Shown here: positions 25,496 through 39,735 of the stretch, piece by piece | Position numbering within the stretch: the first letter of the stretch is position 1 | How the letters are laid out: every line of letters starts with the position of its first letter | Origin: Hydrolagus affinis | Taxonomy: Eukaryota | Length of the DNA: 64,000 nucleotides | Direction of reading: 5' to 3' | Assembly (NCBI GenBank): GCA_012026655.1 | Contig: JAAILG010001175.1 | Span: 1 to 64,000, forward strand | Notes under the pieces: generated by a model | The model's database searches: none | Told to the model about the DNA's origin: nothing | What the model saw: the letters and a program-made list of their open reading frames with translations, nothing else | Made by a program: the position numbers and the translations under genes

Positions 25496-28400
25496 CACGA
25501 CACAGAGAAAAGAAATGTGATCTAAAAGATTTTTTTGTAAGAAATCCTAGCAACGTCTGTAATTAAAATAATAGATTTTATTGAGTTGTACTTGAGCCTT
25601 CAGTTGCTATGCCCCTGACCTCTGGAACTCCTTTCCTCCACCACACCGTCTTGTCCCTTCACTTTCTGTCCAAGTCCCACCACAAACCCTCCCTTTTGGA
25701 GTGTTCCTATGGCGATTTTTTTCCCCCCCCTGCTCCCTACTCAGGATCTAACCCCATCTCTGAGATGTTTTACCCTATATAAAAAACACTATATAAATTG
25801 TTGTTGTAGTATCACAACTTAGAAATGAAATGTATTCTGTGAAGTCCCGTTGATGTACGTTGGTGTCCGTCCGACTTGGCAGGTTTACTGCACACAATCT
25901 GAAGTTGCCAGTATCTTTTTCACCCTTTAGGAAGTGCTGGATGATGTTGTACTGTGGCTCAGAGACACCTTCGAATGACGAGGAAGGCAATTCTTGGGGA
26001 TTTAAGAGGAGCAAAGTGGTTAGATTATGATGGGAACTGTCACGATTTATCCAGTGGCCTCATAGCTTCTAAATTGCTTTACGAGGTGCCACTGTCTGGC
26101 TCAGAATTGACAGTGAACAGGTCTTAGCTATAGGGACAAGGTCCATTGGAGAAATGCATTCTTCCTTTCTCTTGCTTCGGGTGCTGACTCCTGCAACCCC
26201 TCAACACCATTCAGTGTATTTAGGAGAGAGTATGTGTGTTGTGGGAAGAAATTAGCCAAATAAGAATGAAATATCCGTTGGTTAGAAATCCAAATAAATC
26301 ATTTATAACCAGAAGCAGTTCCATAGAAAATATCTCCGACAGCAGATCGGGCTGAAATGGAGTATCTTTTTGTTTGGTCAGACAAAACTAGCTACTGAGA
26401 GTTTAAACAGCTGCATTTTGATATAGTACCTTATCACTCAAAGCACTTTCAGTAGGATGTTACTGTCGAGTATAGAAACTGTAATTGTAGGAAAACAGCC
26501 AATTCCAGGTTGTAACAGCAGTGTGTGTCCCACAAACGGTCATGATGTAAGTGATCAATTTGTATCTGGGGGATTGCTAGCCAGAACATCAGGAGAAACT
26601 CCCTTCTCTTTTCAAGTAGTGTCATGATCTTCAACGTTCGCTTGAACGGCCCAACAGGGCCTCGGTTATAACATGTTATCCGTTTGCCTATATGCATGCA
26701 CACTCTACCCAACATAATAACAAATAAGTCATTTTCAATTCATGGCTGTTTGTGGGACACTGCTGTGCAAATTGGCTGCCGTGTTTCACTCACATAAATA
26801 CAATCAATTCACTTTACAATATATTCTGTGAAGTGCTTTCAGGCATCTAGAAGACGTGAAAAGCACAATATCAAATGCAAGGATTATTATTTTTATTAAA
26901 GGGATGCGTGGAGTACATTTTGTTGTATTCCTTAGCGTGTTCCTTAGTCTCCAGAGATATTTATTACGGGAGGTACTGAAATTAAGGAATACCGCCTATT
27001 TTAACCCATTTATCCTGTGGTCTCTGATGGGTAGCATGGAATCAGGTAATTGCGCTTTCCTCTGGGTGCCTTTTGTGAAACTTGAGTGATTATTGTTGGT
27101 TGTAACAGCCATGTGTGTCTCCACTACTAAACTAAATCTCAGATGAACAAATTAATGCAGGGACATGGTATGAATAATGAAAGCAGACTGTTGTAATTTA
27201 TTCTTCCCAGGATGTTAATTATCTCTGTGCATCAAATGATTGTGTTGCGGCTGTAGCTCTAAGGCTCTTTGATAAGAAATACCTTTTTTTTGCTTTGTTT
27301 GTTCTATTTTTTGTCATTTTACTAACGGCCTCACAAATTCCCATTGCAACAGAAAGCTATTTGTACGCTTTAGACAATGGGACATTCAATACTTAAATCC
27401 AGTGCAATGCTGTTGTTTTACACTAAATAATGGGCGTCTGGAAGGGATTATGAAGCCATAATCAAATTAATGGTTTGGATGACATTATATACCACAAAAA
27501 CTAAAAGCTTTATAACTTATCAGCTGAAACCAACATTCCCTCTGAGGCATCGTATTTGAAATTCATGGGTGTAATGTGCAGTGTTAATTAGCATAAGGAT
27601 TGGGTTAAGAAACACTACACGTTTAACCTGTACATGGACAAAAACTCTGTTATATATCACCTGTAGTACCTTTGGCGATGTTGACCTCACGAATGGAATT
27701 TTCCGTTAAGGAAATCTTGCATGAAAGGTGCTACATAAATTCAGGTTGTTGTTGTATTCACACATTAGTAAAGTTCAGCAGAATTTTCCACCCAAACCCG
27801 TTTTGAAACAGTGCCTTATCACATCGTTGAGAAGTCTTCAAGCGTCTTGGGGGAAATTACTGTATGTTGTAGTGACTGTGAACTTGCAGGCAAACGTGGC
27901 AGCCAATTTGCACACAGTGATGTCTCGCAAACAGCTGTAATATGAGTGACTGATTGTATCTGGGAGATTGTTGGCCAGGGCCCCAGAGGAACCTTGATCA
28001 CAAGTTTACAAGCTAAAAGAAAATTTTCAACCGGATTTAAGGAGACCATTCTTATCCACAAGTTGGTCAGTGGTTTGGCCACAGAGGACTGAGAGGAGTC
28101 GGAGAAAGGTCTGGCACTTATCTTGTATCGAACCCATGGTTGCACTTTCCTGGAATGGCTTGGAGGCCTGTGATTCCTCATGAGCCCAGCCTTAAACCCA
28201 TTATGTTTGTTTCACTTTAATCTTGACTTGCAAACTGTTTCTGCTCTTTCTAGTTTAACTTGGGAGGTGGGGGAAGGAATGGCAGGGAGAGGGGGGGAAG
28301 GGGGCGTGGGCAGAGTCTGTATTTTATATCTACAAAACTATGTGAAGATGAAAGGAGTTGTCATTAAACATCCCGCACAGCATTTTTAATAATGCATCAC

Positions 28401-28682
28401 TTGAGGTGACTTCATTCCAGTGTCCATTACCATCTAACTGAACTATTTAGACAGCGCCTAACTGTGGATCATGCCTAGCTAATCCTATCTGCACATTAAG
28501 TAGCCGATGAAGGAGACGAAGAGGAATTTGTATTAATCCTCTAATCTTATAAATTCAGAAACACGCAAAAGTGTCTATGATGCCGGTGGTGATTTTCTAC
28601 CATACACTCTGATATTCACGATAACTCTTGCATCACTTGTGTTGTATGTTTTATCTGCACTATTTCATTCATAACCTCCTTC

Positions 28683-28721
28683 CCCCCCCCTCCCCCCCCC
28701 CCCCACCCCCTCCAAACCCCC
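28683..28721 (+). repeat. Poly-C low-complexity tract
   Basis: cccccccctcccccccccccccaccccctccaaacccc. Confidence 0.85.
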
Positions 28722-31415
28722 AAAACCAAGTGGTCTTTTGCCAAGCACACTTCATTCGCAATCTGTTTTGAAGGCCATTTTCTCAGTCTGTTCAGAATGT
28801 CTCTCCCAATTGCTGTGGATACTGATAAGTCAGCCTTCAGCTGTCAGTTCCTCGCAGGTTGAGCAAGGGCCAGTTTCTGTTTGCAATTGGCTGCCGCATA
28901 TTGCCCAGAAAATACCCAGTCAATTCACTTTACAGTGAATCCTGTGAAGTGCTTTGAGACAACAACAGCAAGATTAAGTTTTTATAGCGCCTTTCACGTC
29001 AAGAGGACGTCCCAAGGAGCTGGACAATCAGTATTCTGGACCCTAGTTGGGAGATTGGGGAGGGTGGAGGGCAAAACAGAGGGTATATCATTGCAAAGAT
29101 TATTAATATTAATACAGCAGTTAGTTACACTCCGCTCTGGGATTTGCTTCAGTTTTAATGCATTGCTGCAAGTGACTGTTAAGACTGAATCAAATTAATA
29201 AATCCAAAGGAAACTGGACAACAACCTGCATTTATCTAGTGCCCTTAATGCTGGATCACTTGAGGAAGGGACATGGGCTTCCCTAATCCAGAGTAGCCAA
29301 GCAGAAGCCTGCCAAGCAGATGAGTGGCATTGGAGAAGATCAAAAAGATGGGAGGTGTCAGGGTGTGAAACAATTGAAAGGTGACAAATGCTTAGGCAGT
29401 AAAAACACTGCTGGTGGGGGTGGGTGGGGGGGAAGTATTTAGTGCTATAGGCAGCCAGACATACAGATTCAATGAGCCAAATGGCCTCCTTATGCTCTGC
29501 ATATATCAGTTTTTCCACTTGTGACATTCTATGTCTCTTCCAAAATATTGAATCTGTTGTTCACGCTCTGTGAACACTCTTTAAAAATTCAATGTATAAA
29601 GTTTGTTTGCCCATAAAACACAGACACTGCACTTAATGTGTGTCCTGCGAAGCTGTCTGAGACATCTTCCCGTGTGAAAGGCACTATACCCAATGTAAAG
29701 ATTACCTGTATATGTTCCATAAAATGGCTCCAGTGCCCTACTAATCTATGCAAATAAAACTGCAACCAATACCTTATATTTCACCCACCAAATGCACATT
29801 TTACAGTATATTCCATGAAGCATTTTTGAGATGTCTCAATAGAATAAGGCGCCTTTATCAAATGCAAAGATTATTATTATAAATGGTAATAATTTATTTA
29901 TACAGCTCTCTCTTTCATTCTGTGCCACACATAGTCACGCGACAACTGTTGTGAGGTCTTTCAGAGCTTAACGGAAAATGAAGGGCATATTAAAGCCAGA
30001 TACCCCAGTGAGGCTTTGTTCCTTTTTTTTTATCTCTATCTTTCAAATAAATCCTGCGAGATCCTTGGAGAGTACCCACATCTTTATGTGCTACTTCAAG
30101 AAGCCAATAAATCATCAGCAGCTTTGGGTGACTCTGAAGGTGATCGATGAGCTATGCTGACAAGGATGTGGACCCCTGTTTTAGAGGAGAGACTGATCCA
30201 TGTTGGGATGTTGTAAGACTGACGTCCCCCCCTGCCCCCAACCAACCACCATTATTTGAAGGAATACTTGTGATCTTGTGAATTTAAAAAAAAATGATTC
30301 TGTATAAAGCCCTGTAAATCAGCTTGCAGGAGTGGGAATGAATCTCTTATGTATTTGTGCTGTCATCGAGTGGAGCAATGCTAACCTACCCAATATGTTG
30401 CATCAATCCAATCCTTCAATGAACACAGACAGGCATTTCCACCTTAATTCAGTCCAGACTAAGGTCAGGATCAAGTACCACAAATGGTCAGTTTTAGATT
30501 CAGTTTGACTTGACCTAATCGTGCAGTTTATTGATTTTTTTTCTCACTTTTGGGAGCTCAGGGATGGGTTTCAGCTGAATTCCCAAGTGGTCTGGTTGTA
30601 GAGAGATTTATATGGATATTGAAGTCATGTCTGATTCCCTGAGTTGCAATTTGCATTCCTGGAGCACTGGTCCATAGTGTGACGTGTATAGACAATCCAA
30701 GTCGCACAATGTCCCAGTGTGTATAGTATCTTCCATGTGTAAATGTGTAAGTTAGTATGCAGTTATTTCACGGTGTGAAAATGTATTGGATCTACTTATT
30801 GTCCAAATTTAACTGCATGTCTTCCTGAACGGTAAAGATCCCGGGGGAACTACTTAAAAACAGAAGGGAGTTTCTCCCGATGTCCTGGCTAACACTTCCC
30901 CCAAACAAAATTTGTCATTTACAGCATGGTTGTGTGTGGAATACTATTGTGAGCAAATTAACTCCCATTTCGCAAGCAAATACACTGTCACTACACATTA
31001 AAGAAAACTCTGTAAATCATTTTGAGACATTTAGAAGCATAAGGTGCTATATCAAATGCAAGGGTTATTAATGTAACTGCCTTAGTTGCTCTTATTGACA
31101 TTATCTTATATATATACTATTCTATAGTATATTATATATGTATACACACGCGCACAATATAACAAATGATGGTGACTTTAATTGCTCTCATACTGATGTG
31201 TGCTTAGCCCACTGCAGCGAGTCTTTGATGTGTACTGAATTACAAGAAGAAATGTTTGGCTGAGTGTTACATTCATAAATAATGAAACCATAAATGAAGG
31301 AAATAAATAATAAATTAAGTGCTGGGGGAACCTGGCAGTGATAGCCTCAAAATGCAGAGCACAAAACTTGGCACTTTGATGAGGGTAATGACAATGACAC
31401 TGAAAAATCCCACGT

Positions 31416-31430
31416 AGCGCCCTCTAGTGA
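31416..31430 (-). promoter_or_regulatory. CTCF-like motif
   Basis: Minus strand TCACTAGAGGGCGCT versus the core consensus CCASYAGRKGGCRS. Confidence 0.5.
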
Positions 31431-31714
31431 TTAATTTCACCAACAAAGCCTCCACTCTATATCATAATACTGTACAGTGCTGTAATAATAATCCTTGCAA
31501 TCGATATAGCGCTTTTCATGTCTTCTAGACATCTCAAAGTGCTTCACAGAATATACTGTAAAGTGAATTGACTGTATACTTGTGGGCGAAATGAGGCAGC
31601 CAATTGGGGTGCAACTTGTGACATTTCATATCCAATTCATTACATCAAATTCATTACATCGAATCCTTTATGCCTGTAAACACTACTGATATTTTGAAGC
31701 TGTAGGTTACAATG

Positions 31715-32120
31715 TGCCTCTAAATCGGAAGGTCTGTGGGTTCAAACTCCACATAAAGACTTCTAGCTTATTGTATAGGCTGGCACTCCAGAACAGTACA
31801 GGCGAAGTATTGCATTGAGATGAGAAATTAAAACCAGATCCTGTCTGCCTGTTCAGGTGGATGTTAAAGATCCGATTGAAGATGGAAGAGAGATTATCCT
31901 GGTGTCCTAGCCAATGATTCGACCCCCACCCACACAACACAAAAATTGGGTCCTGCACTTAATAGCTGTTTGTAGGAGATTGCTGTATGCAAATTGGCTG
32001 CTGGGTTTGTCTGCAAAACACAGTCGCTACACTTGGCGCTATATCAAATTGAAGTATTATTATGGTTACTATTATATGAGGTGTCCTCGTGATGTGAAAG
32101 GCACTATATCAAACGCACGC
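31715..32120 (+). mobile_element. DeuSINE-type family B copy
   Basis: Same head and Deu body as 6097-6445. Further fragments at about 12835-13240, 26410-26690(-), 38281-38630, 40855-41160, 48270-48670(-), 51780-52110, 57395-57700(-) and 60590-60790. Confidence 0.75.
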
Positions 32121-34179
32121 AGACTGAAAACATGTAACCTGCTGTTTTGGGGCTGTGGTTTGTGGAGCTGAGAACATATCTACTTTTTTTTGCTATTAAA
32201 CAGCAAATCTCCCTTTAACCCCTGTGTGCTGGGAGCATAGGAATGTAATGAGTAATATGGTACTGTAACGAGGCTCTCCCCCCTCATACATAACTGAGGC
32301 TCACACACTGGACTGCATTCTGGTCCTGGGCTGAGGATGTGTTTGAGACATCTCACAGTCGGTCTGCCTGGGATAGCAGTCAATGGCAAGGGAAGGACTC
32401 AGAAATTTCTGGAGGTAATTATCTAGTGAATAAACACTGGGGGGTACGTTCCTCACAGCTCATTTCCAGACCGAGCCTGAAGAAATGTCTCCCAGAAAAA
32501 GCCAGGCATTTTTTTTTGAGTGTGGCTGTTTTCAGCTCCATTTTTCATGGTTTCACAGCCTGGTTTTTGAAACGATCCTCTATTGATCATCGGTACTGGA
32601 TTTCTGCTGGTTATTACTGAGCAAAGCAACTACAGGAAGTGAAAGAGGCAATTGCCACATTTTCAAGTTAATTTTCTTCTAAAGATCCACTGCTTCCCTG
32701 CAGGATAATAACAGTAAAATAATAATAACTACATCAGGAGGACAGCTCAAAGTGCTTCCCAGTATTTTGTAGGCAGAACGTGGCCAATTTGCTCACAGCA
32801 TTTGCAACAAAATACACAGCTCGGTACTTTGCAGTCCTCTCGATGTGTTACGGAATGTAAGGATTATCAATTACTGTTTAGTCACACGCAGCTTAGCGGT
32901 TAGTAACATCAGTAGCGTTATAGGTGCTGCTTCCTGCGTCTGTTGACCTTGAAGCAAGGACAGGTTTGCCCTGAAAAGGCAAAGGATGATTTTACTCTTC
33001 AAATTTCAGGCAGATTTCTTGCTGCTGAGATCAGCGATGTACGGCGCAATGTTATGCAACACGAGTGAGGTTTTTGCCAGTGGCAGACGTCTGTTTCCGT
33101 ACCAAACCACAGTCTCACTGGCCTCTCCGGAGAGACATCAATGGAGGAACCGTCAGCCCTGCATTGATCCACAAACCAAAGCCTTCATGTGGAGTCAGGG
33201 CTGGACATGCAATGATAACAACAGTAATCCTCGTATTTGATACAGAACCTTATCAAAACAACAACAACCACTTGCATTTATACAGGCCCTTCAATGCACA
33301 GTACTTTACAAGGATGGGGTTGGTTGCAGAATGCGAGATGGGGTGAGAGGGAAATGGTCATAGACTCGATTAATAAGGTAGAAGTTGAAGCATGTCTTAA
33401 TGACTGAAAGAGAGGAGTAGATGGATGCAGTTCTAGAGGTTCCAGGTGTAGAAATTGAGAGCTTACTGTTGAGACATCTCAATGTGCTTCACAGGAATTA
33501 TCAGTTGGCACGCAACAGTGTCCCGCAAATGACTATGAAGTCAATGAGCAATTATATTTACTCAGTGGTGGGTGGTGGGATGGGGTTTTGTCAGCTGGGG
33601 CACTGATTGAATGAATCCAAGTGAAATCCATTCCTCTTTTTCCTGGATTCATTTCATTTCCGAATTCCCACACGCAACGTTCCTGGCGGGAGTTTATAAC
33701 AGATTATTCCGAGAGATAAATGTGAATATGCAAACACTGGGAACCAGAACCCAAATCTGAATTCAAATGCAGTGCCCACCTCCCAGCCCCGTTGCTTTAT
33801 TTAGATACATTAAGAGAGCTCAATATAGTTCTGAACAGATAGGTGGTCTGTCTACTGAAACTGAGAGAGGGTTAAGATTTTTCTGACCAGCCCCGATTGT
33901 GCCCTTGTCTCAGAACAGCAGTGAACCTGGATGTGCTCGTCAGCCGTCTCCCTCTCCCCTACCTCCGCTCAAACACATCTGTTTGATTCACCGAATTACT
34001 GCCAGGTGGCAAAATGTTATTGGGAAAAAGTAAAACCAAGAGAGCGTTGTGCACACTGAAATAAAGCTTACAGACACTGTCTGTAAGACCCAGTCTTAAT
34101 GTTTCATCCAAGTGTGGATTTGGGTCGATTGTGGGGACTAAAATCTGTATTTGTAGCCTCTCTACTCAGCTTCGCAGCT

Positions 34180-34458
34180 GTTTCTTTAGGTCTGCCACTG
34201 CCTCCAACCTCCTGTTCATCCCTCGTCTCCTCTGCTTCACCATCGATGACTGTGTTTCCACCCACTATGCCTCGAAACTCTGGAGCTCTCTTCCTCAATC
34301 CCACCGTCTTGCTCCCTCTATCCCCAAGTTCAAAACATGTCTGAAAACTTTCCTTTTTAGTCGTACCGATGGTCACCTGCCCCCTCCCTCTGGCTCGTGG
34401 TCAGACACGGGATGCTACCCCGTGTGAAGGGCACTATATAAACGCAAGTTGTTGTTGT
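34180..34458 (+). mobile_element. L2 LINE 3' end
   Basis: Encodes ...HYASKLWSSLPQSHRLAPSIPKFKTCLKTFLF, an L2 ORF2 end, then a GCACTATATAAACGCAAG(TTG)n tail. Confidence 0.82.
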
Positions 34459-37400
34459 GTGCTAGACACTAATAGGCCATGAGATAAATTGCTCTCTGGT
34501 TTCCTAACCATCTCCAACCCCCACCCACCATTTCCGGGGACAGTGTCTCACCTCTGTTTGATACCCCTCAGATTGCCGCTGGTCAGGAGCTCAGCACAGA
34601 AACGTTTATACCATGACTCTGTGACCTGTGGACTTTCTGTGCAATGCCTCACCCATACTCAGGTCTAATCTGCAATAATTCTCTCAATGTCCTGGCCAAC
34701 AATTCCCTGAACAAAATTGTTTACTCATTCCGTGACTGATTGTGGGACACTGCTGGGCACAATTAGCTGCTGTATTTCGCCTGCAAAAACACTATAAATC
34801 CACTTTGCAGTATATCCTGTGAAGCGCTTTGAGATAACTCAAAAGCGCTATATCAAATGCAAGGATTGTTATAAAAATAAGGTGGATCATTCTTATTTTT
34901 AAAAGGCCGATTTTTCTTGGCGTAATGTGGCTCTTAACTCGTGCAAGTCCAAACTGCAGCTGTGGCTCTAACTAAATGCCAGGACACACGCAAGCTCTGC
35001 TGGCTCTGCTCGACACATATGGAGTGAGAGAATGGAAAGTTTTTCAAATGCACTTCAGATACCCTGGAATGAAATTCAGATTCTCTAAGGTGTAATAGGA
35101 AAGCGTAAGCTCAAACTGCCTCTGTAGTCTTAAGGTTTCTGGCCTGTGCTGCCTTCTGCCTCAGCTTGCCTATATTATCCCCACAGGTGGTATAAATTGT
35201 GATTTTCCACATACAAAGAACATTAGGCATAGGGTTGGATTTCACATGTATCAGGTTTTGCCAACTCTTGGATGTTATTCTCAAGGCACCTCTGTTTCCT
35301 TCATTATGAAAATAGGGATTTCCTTCCTTTCTGTTTCCTCTCTCCTGGGATCCCAGGGGAGTCTTTGCAATCTGCTTGCATTTGCTTCTGAAGATTATCT
35401 CTTTTACCTGTAGGAGATGCGAGCAACCTTCCCCTCCCACCCTGTCACTAGCAAAGCTGCCCCCTGGTGTATCTTTTCTCTGCAGATCAGTGTCTAAGTC
35501 AGTCTTCAAACATACGAGCATCTAGGCAAATTATTATAAGCGTGCAGGAAAGAAAATGTGTGTGTTTAACAGTTGAGTGTTCCGTCCTATCTCTCTTGTA
35601 AACTGAAATAAGAAATCAGTTGGCAGTTTGCTCACTGCATAGCACTTTGTGCGTAAAGTATATTCTGTGAAGCACACAGGGACATCCTCCCAACGTGAAA
35701 GGCGCTGTATTAAATGTAAGGTTCATTATCATTATTTTATATAAGTGTGCAACAATTTTTAGTCTCCTCTTCCTCCCCTACTATTTAAGCGCTCTGAGAC
35801 ACCGTCCGGCGTGAAGGGCGCTATATAAATCAAAGTTGTTGTTGTTGTACTATCAGATTTTTTTTCTCTCCCTCCTCCCTTCTTCTTCTCACCCCTCTTT
35901 CCCCTCCCCCCAAATGACTGTTCAAGAAGTTAGGCAGCCAATGACCTGCTCGTGGGGTCCTCATTGTGCCATTGTACAACCAGCCTGGAGGGAGAGGGAG
36001 AGTGTTATTTTTTGTGTGTAATTCAAGCCCTGTTCCTCTCTTCCTCAGTTCCCTTTTGGGACGTTCCCAGTCCTCTGTTCAGCGTCACTCCTGATGGGCT
36101 GGGCTGAGGTCAGGAACTTGCCCTCGGGCAATCTGTGAGGCAAAACAAACCTTTGCAATTCTGTGGAAAGACAAGCTGGCCCCAAAACTAGTTCCAAATA
36201 ACATTGAAAGTTGTATACGATTTGGACTGTTGTTCAGCTAATGTTTTCTCTGCACCTCTCCATCCCCCAACCCCCCTCACCCCATTTCTGAAGGGCACTG
36301 ACACATGCTGGGTCAGGCTTCATGGACTCTGGCTGCACAACCTCTGGTGCCATATCCAAATCATCCTTTCATATATCAGGTTACTGAGGGAGATCCCAGC
36401 CAAGCTTGGTTCTGTTCACAACACACACACACTAGCACTTTCCTACAGGGGCCAATGGAGGGGACCTGTGGAATCCCATAATTTATTGATTGAACGCTCG
36501 CCTCACAAACAAACGGACCTGGGAGGGGCGAAATGTTAGGCAAGTTTCCTTACTCCATACAACTCTGTTCACCTAGCAGAAAGTAGGAACCCAATGTTAA
36601 TAGATTGGTGGATCACTTTCTGGGGGGTGGAAGGTGGTGTGGTGGGGTGAGTAATAATCCTATAAAATACATAGTCAGTTCACTTTACAGTATATTCTGC
36701 AAAGCATTTTGATATAAGGCAATATGACAAATGCAAGGATTATTATATTTTCTGAGGCGTGAAATTTCCTATGCCTTTAGGCTTTAAACCATTAACTTTA
36801 AAATTCAAGACCCAGCAGAATTTTGGGGAAGATAACACCAATAATAATAATCCTTGCATTTGGTTTCGCACCATTCACGTCAGGACCTCGTCTTGAAGCA
36901 CTTCACAGGATTGTAGCTTGCTGTGAGCAAGGCTGGGCGTGTTGTTTATACTGGAGAAATGGGTGATTGCATTAAACTCTCACAAGTACAGAGGCCAGAG
37001 TGCTTGGTCGGATTGAGAGACAAAGCCATTTTGGGAGTGGTCAATTTGTAACCAGAGTTAAAATAAAATCACAACATTCTGGTTAAAAAAAAAGGCGGTC
37101 TTTAGTCAAGAGGGTTTGTATAATTTCTTCCATGTTCGTATGTACAATGTATTTGTGCTGCATTTTGAGAAGGTTGAAACTGAGATTGCTGATGTATTCC
37201 AACAGACAGTGGAGCAGTAACAAAGAATGAATGATCCTTACAATTGGAACAATGCTCTTCACATCAGCCTGGCATCTCCAAATGCTTCACAGGATTTCCT
37301 GTAAAATGGAGTGAAGCATTTTGAGCCTATGATGTGATAAGGTGCTATATCGAACGCAAGGTTTATTATTAATGTTATTAGAGTGCAGGAGGTCATTTGA

Positions 37401-39164
37401 GCCAACATGTCTGTGCTGGTGCGAACCTCCCCCACTGATGCTCTCTGAATGAATCTAATTTCCCTGCTCTTTCAACATTGTTTGCTCCCCCCTACAAATG
37501 CTCTCTACTTTAATCCCATTCCTCTGCTCTTTGAGAATTATTTCTCTGCTGGTGCTAACTCCCCCACTGGTGTGACCCACTGAGCCAGGCTAACTCCTCA
37601 TTTCAAAACGAGTTGCTTCCCTTCTCTCCCAAATGCACGAAGCATTGATGTGTCTTTAGCTCAATAGGCATTTTTATTGCTGAACTAGTGCGTATAAATG
37701 TTGGTGGGGGGAAGGGAGAAGGAGATGAGGCATCAAATCCAATCTATTTCCTGTCCTTGGTAATCTCTCTTTGCAATTGGGAAGCGAAGTCATTGTCTCC
37801 GTGAGGAAGTAAGGATGAAAGATGTCTTCAGACATGTCCCAGGGCGCATTAGGTGACTTGTGCAATTATTTTCCCTGTCACAGACAGTCTCCCTCTCAGT
37901 ATAACACAAGGTTCTCACCAGGGCTTTGTTGAACTATAATCTACGTGATATTCCTAGTTAGCCAGGGATTCCTACCAGAGCTGAGTGAGTCTTTTAAGAA
38001 AAACGCCAATCACTGCTGTCAGCTCCAGCACTTCAGAGCATTCTGTATCTGATGTGGAATTTGGCACCAGCTTTTCCACAGGGGAATTTTGCTCAATGTT
38101 TTCTTAGATGGCTTTTTTTTATTATTGAAAGTCTGTCTTCCAGCAGCAAGTTTCATTTGATTTAAGTGACTTAAAAGTACTGCCTTATCCTTTTCATCTG
38201 TTTGCAAGCTCCTGAAGGCTAATAATTTGGACCAAATATGTGTATATTGTTATTCCCTTTATAGTGTATAAGTAACATTGTCAGCCTGGCTCAGTGGGAA
38301 GCGCTTTTGCCTCTGATTCAGAAGGCGGTGAGTTCAAGCCCCAAATCAGGACGTTTACCTTCTATGGTCCAGGCTGGTGTTACAATGCACTGCTGAGGGT
38401 GCTACAATGCAATTGCCTTTCGCACTCTCAGCTCAGTCTGTACTGCTCTCGTCGCCTACAACATCAAAACGTTTCGCATGATTTACCATAAAATGTAGTG
38501 ATTGTTTATGTGCAGGCGAACAGTGCAACCAATCTGCAATCCAATCCAACGTGGTGCCTGAATAAAAGCGCCTTGGGACGTTCTCCCGATGTGAAAGACG
38601 CTCTTAAAAATGTAATTTTGTTGCTGTTGTTGAACCTTCTGGCGCAGTGGCAAGCATGATCAACAGAGGTCAGAGCGCTATCGAGGTCTCCTGACTAACT
38701 CTTGTCTATGTGGATATTCTCGGCAGAGTATGAGCAAAGCACAGAAAGGCAAACTTCAGAATCTTAGGAATCTGATGCAGTTCTGTACACCAGCTCCAGT
38801 GTTTGTAACATACCCCTCGCTCTGTTCAGCAACTAATAGAATAATTCAGTATTAAATTGCCAAGCATTTCAATGTGTTTTGCTTATTTGCCCTGAACAAC
38901 ACAAGAGATTTGCAGGAGGCTATTTATAGCAATCTGGCCCATATATCCAGACTCCCAGCAGACTGTAAAGATTTGTTTTCCTGAAATGGGATAGGAGTCA
39001 ATAACTTCAACAATCTCACTACTCTTCTACAAATACAGTTACTGCACTTTGTAGAAAAATTCAGTGATGCATTGTAAGACATTTCTTCGCCTTCAAATAC
39101 GCAGTCATTACATTGGATGGTCATTTCCATGAAGCATTTGAGATGTCTCAATGACGTGATAAGG

Positions 39165-39735
39165 AAGATGTCCCAAGGTACTGGACAGTCATTGTTTCAG
39201 ACACGAGCTGGGGTCGGGGTTAGGGAGGGTGGAGGGAAACGGGGGAATTTAGGGTGAGCGATGGGACCATCGAAGAGGAGGGTCTTGAAGTAGCACTTGA
39301 AGGAGGCCAGGGAGGGGACGAGCTAGAGTGACTGCGGGATGGAGTTTCAGAGGTTAGCACAGAGTGGCTGAAAGCTCGCCTGCCCCTCGTGGGGTGGGTG
39401 GGGTGGGGACCATGGAGCAGCCTGGAGGCTGGTGAGCAGAGGGGGCAGGCAGGTTGGTGGGCGTTAGGAGGTTGCAGACATGGGCCGCAGAGTTCTGGAT
39501 GATCTGCAGCCTATGGAGGGAGTTGTTGGGAAGGCCGACAAGCGTTGGTGTAGTCAAGCTGGGATGTGATGAAGGCATGAATGAGGGTTATCAGCGGCCT
39601 GAGGTGTGAGGTAGTGGCGGAGTCGGGCAACATTACGGAGGTGAGCGAAGGCAAAGCAGAGCTTGGATGTGGGGGAAGAAAGACAGTTGAGGATCGAACA
39701 AGACACCTGGGTTCCTGTCTGGCTTGGTGAGGTTC
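39165..39735 (-). mobile_element. L2-clade LINE, 3' fragment (degenerate ORF2 C-terminus and 3' UTR)
   Basis: Frameshifted translation ...LIHAFITSQLDY...LVGLPNNSLHRLQIIQNSAA, typical of the post-RT region of L2 ORF2. Confidence 0.85.

Noticed and set aside
28683-28721. Potential G-quadruplex on the minus strand (also G-runs near 4480-4520 and 39390-39410)
   Set aside because: Generic low-complexity or L2-derived tracts with no functional context.
35111-35521. 136-aa ORF (likewise 2738-3181, 20759-21160 and 43973-44368)
   Set aside because: No motifs, partly repeat-derived, and lengths compatible with chance in 64 kb.
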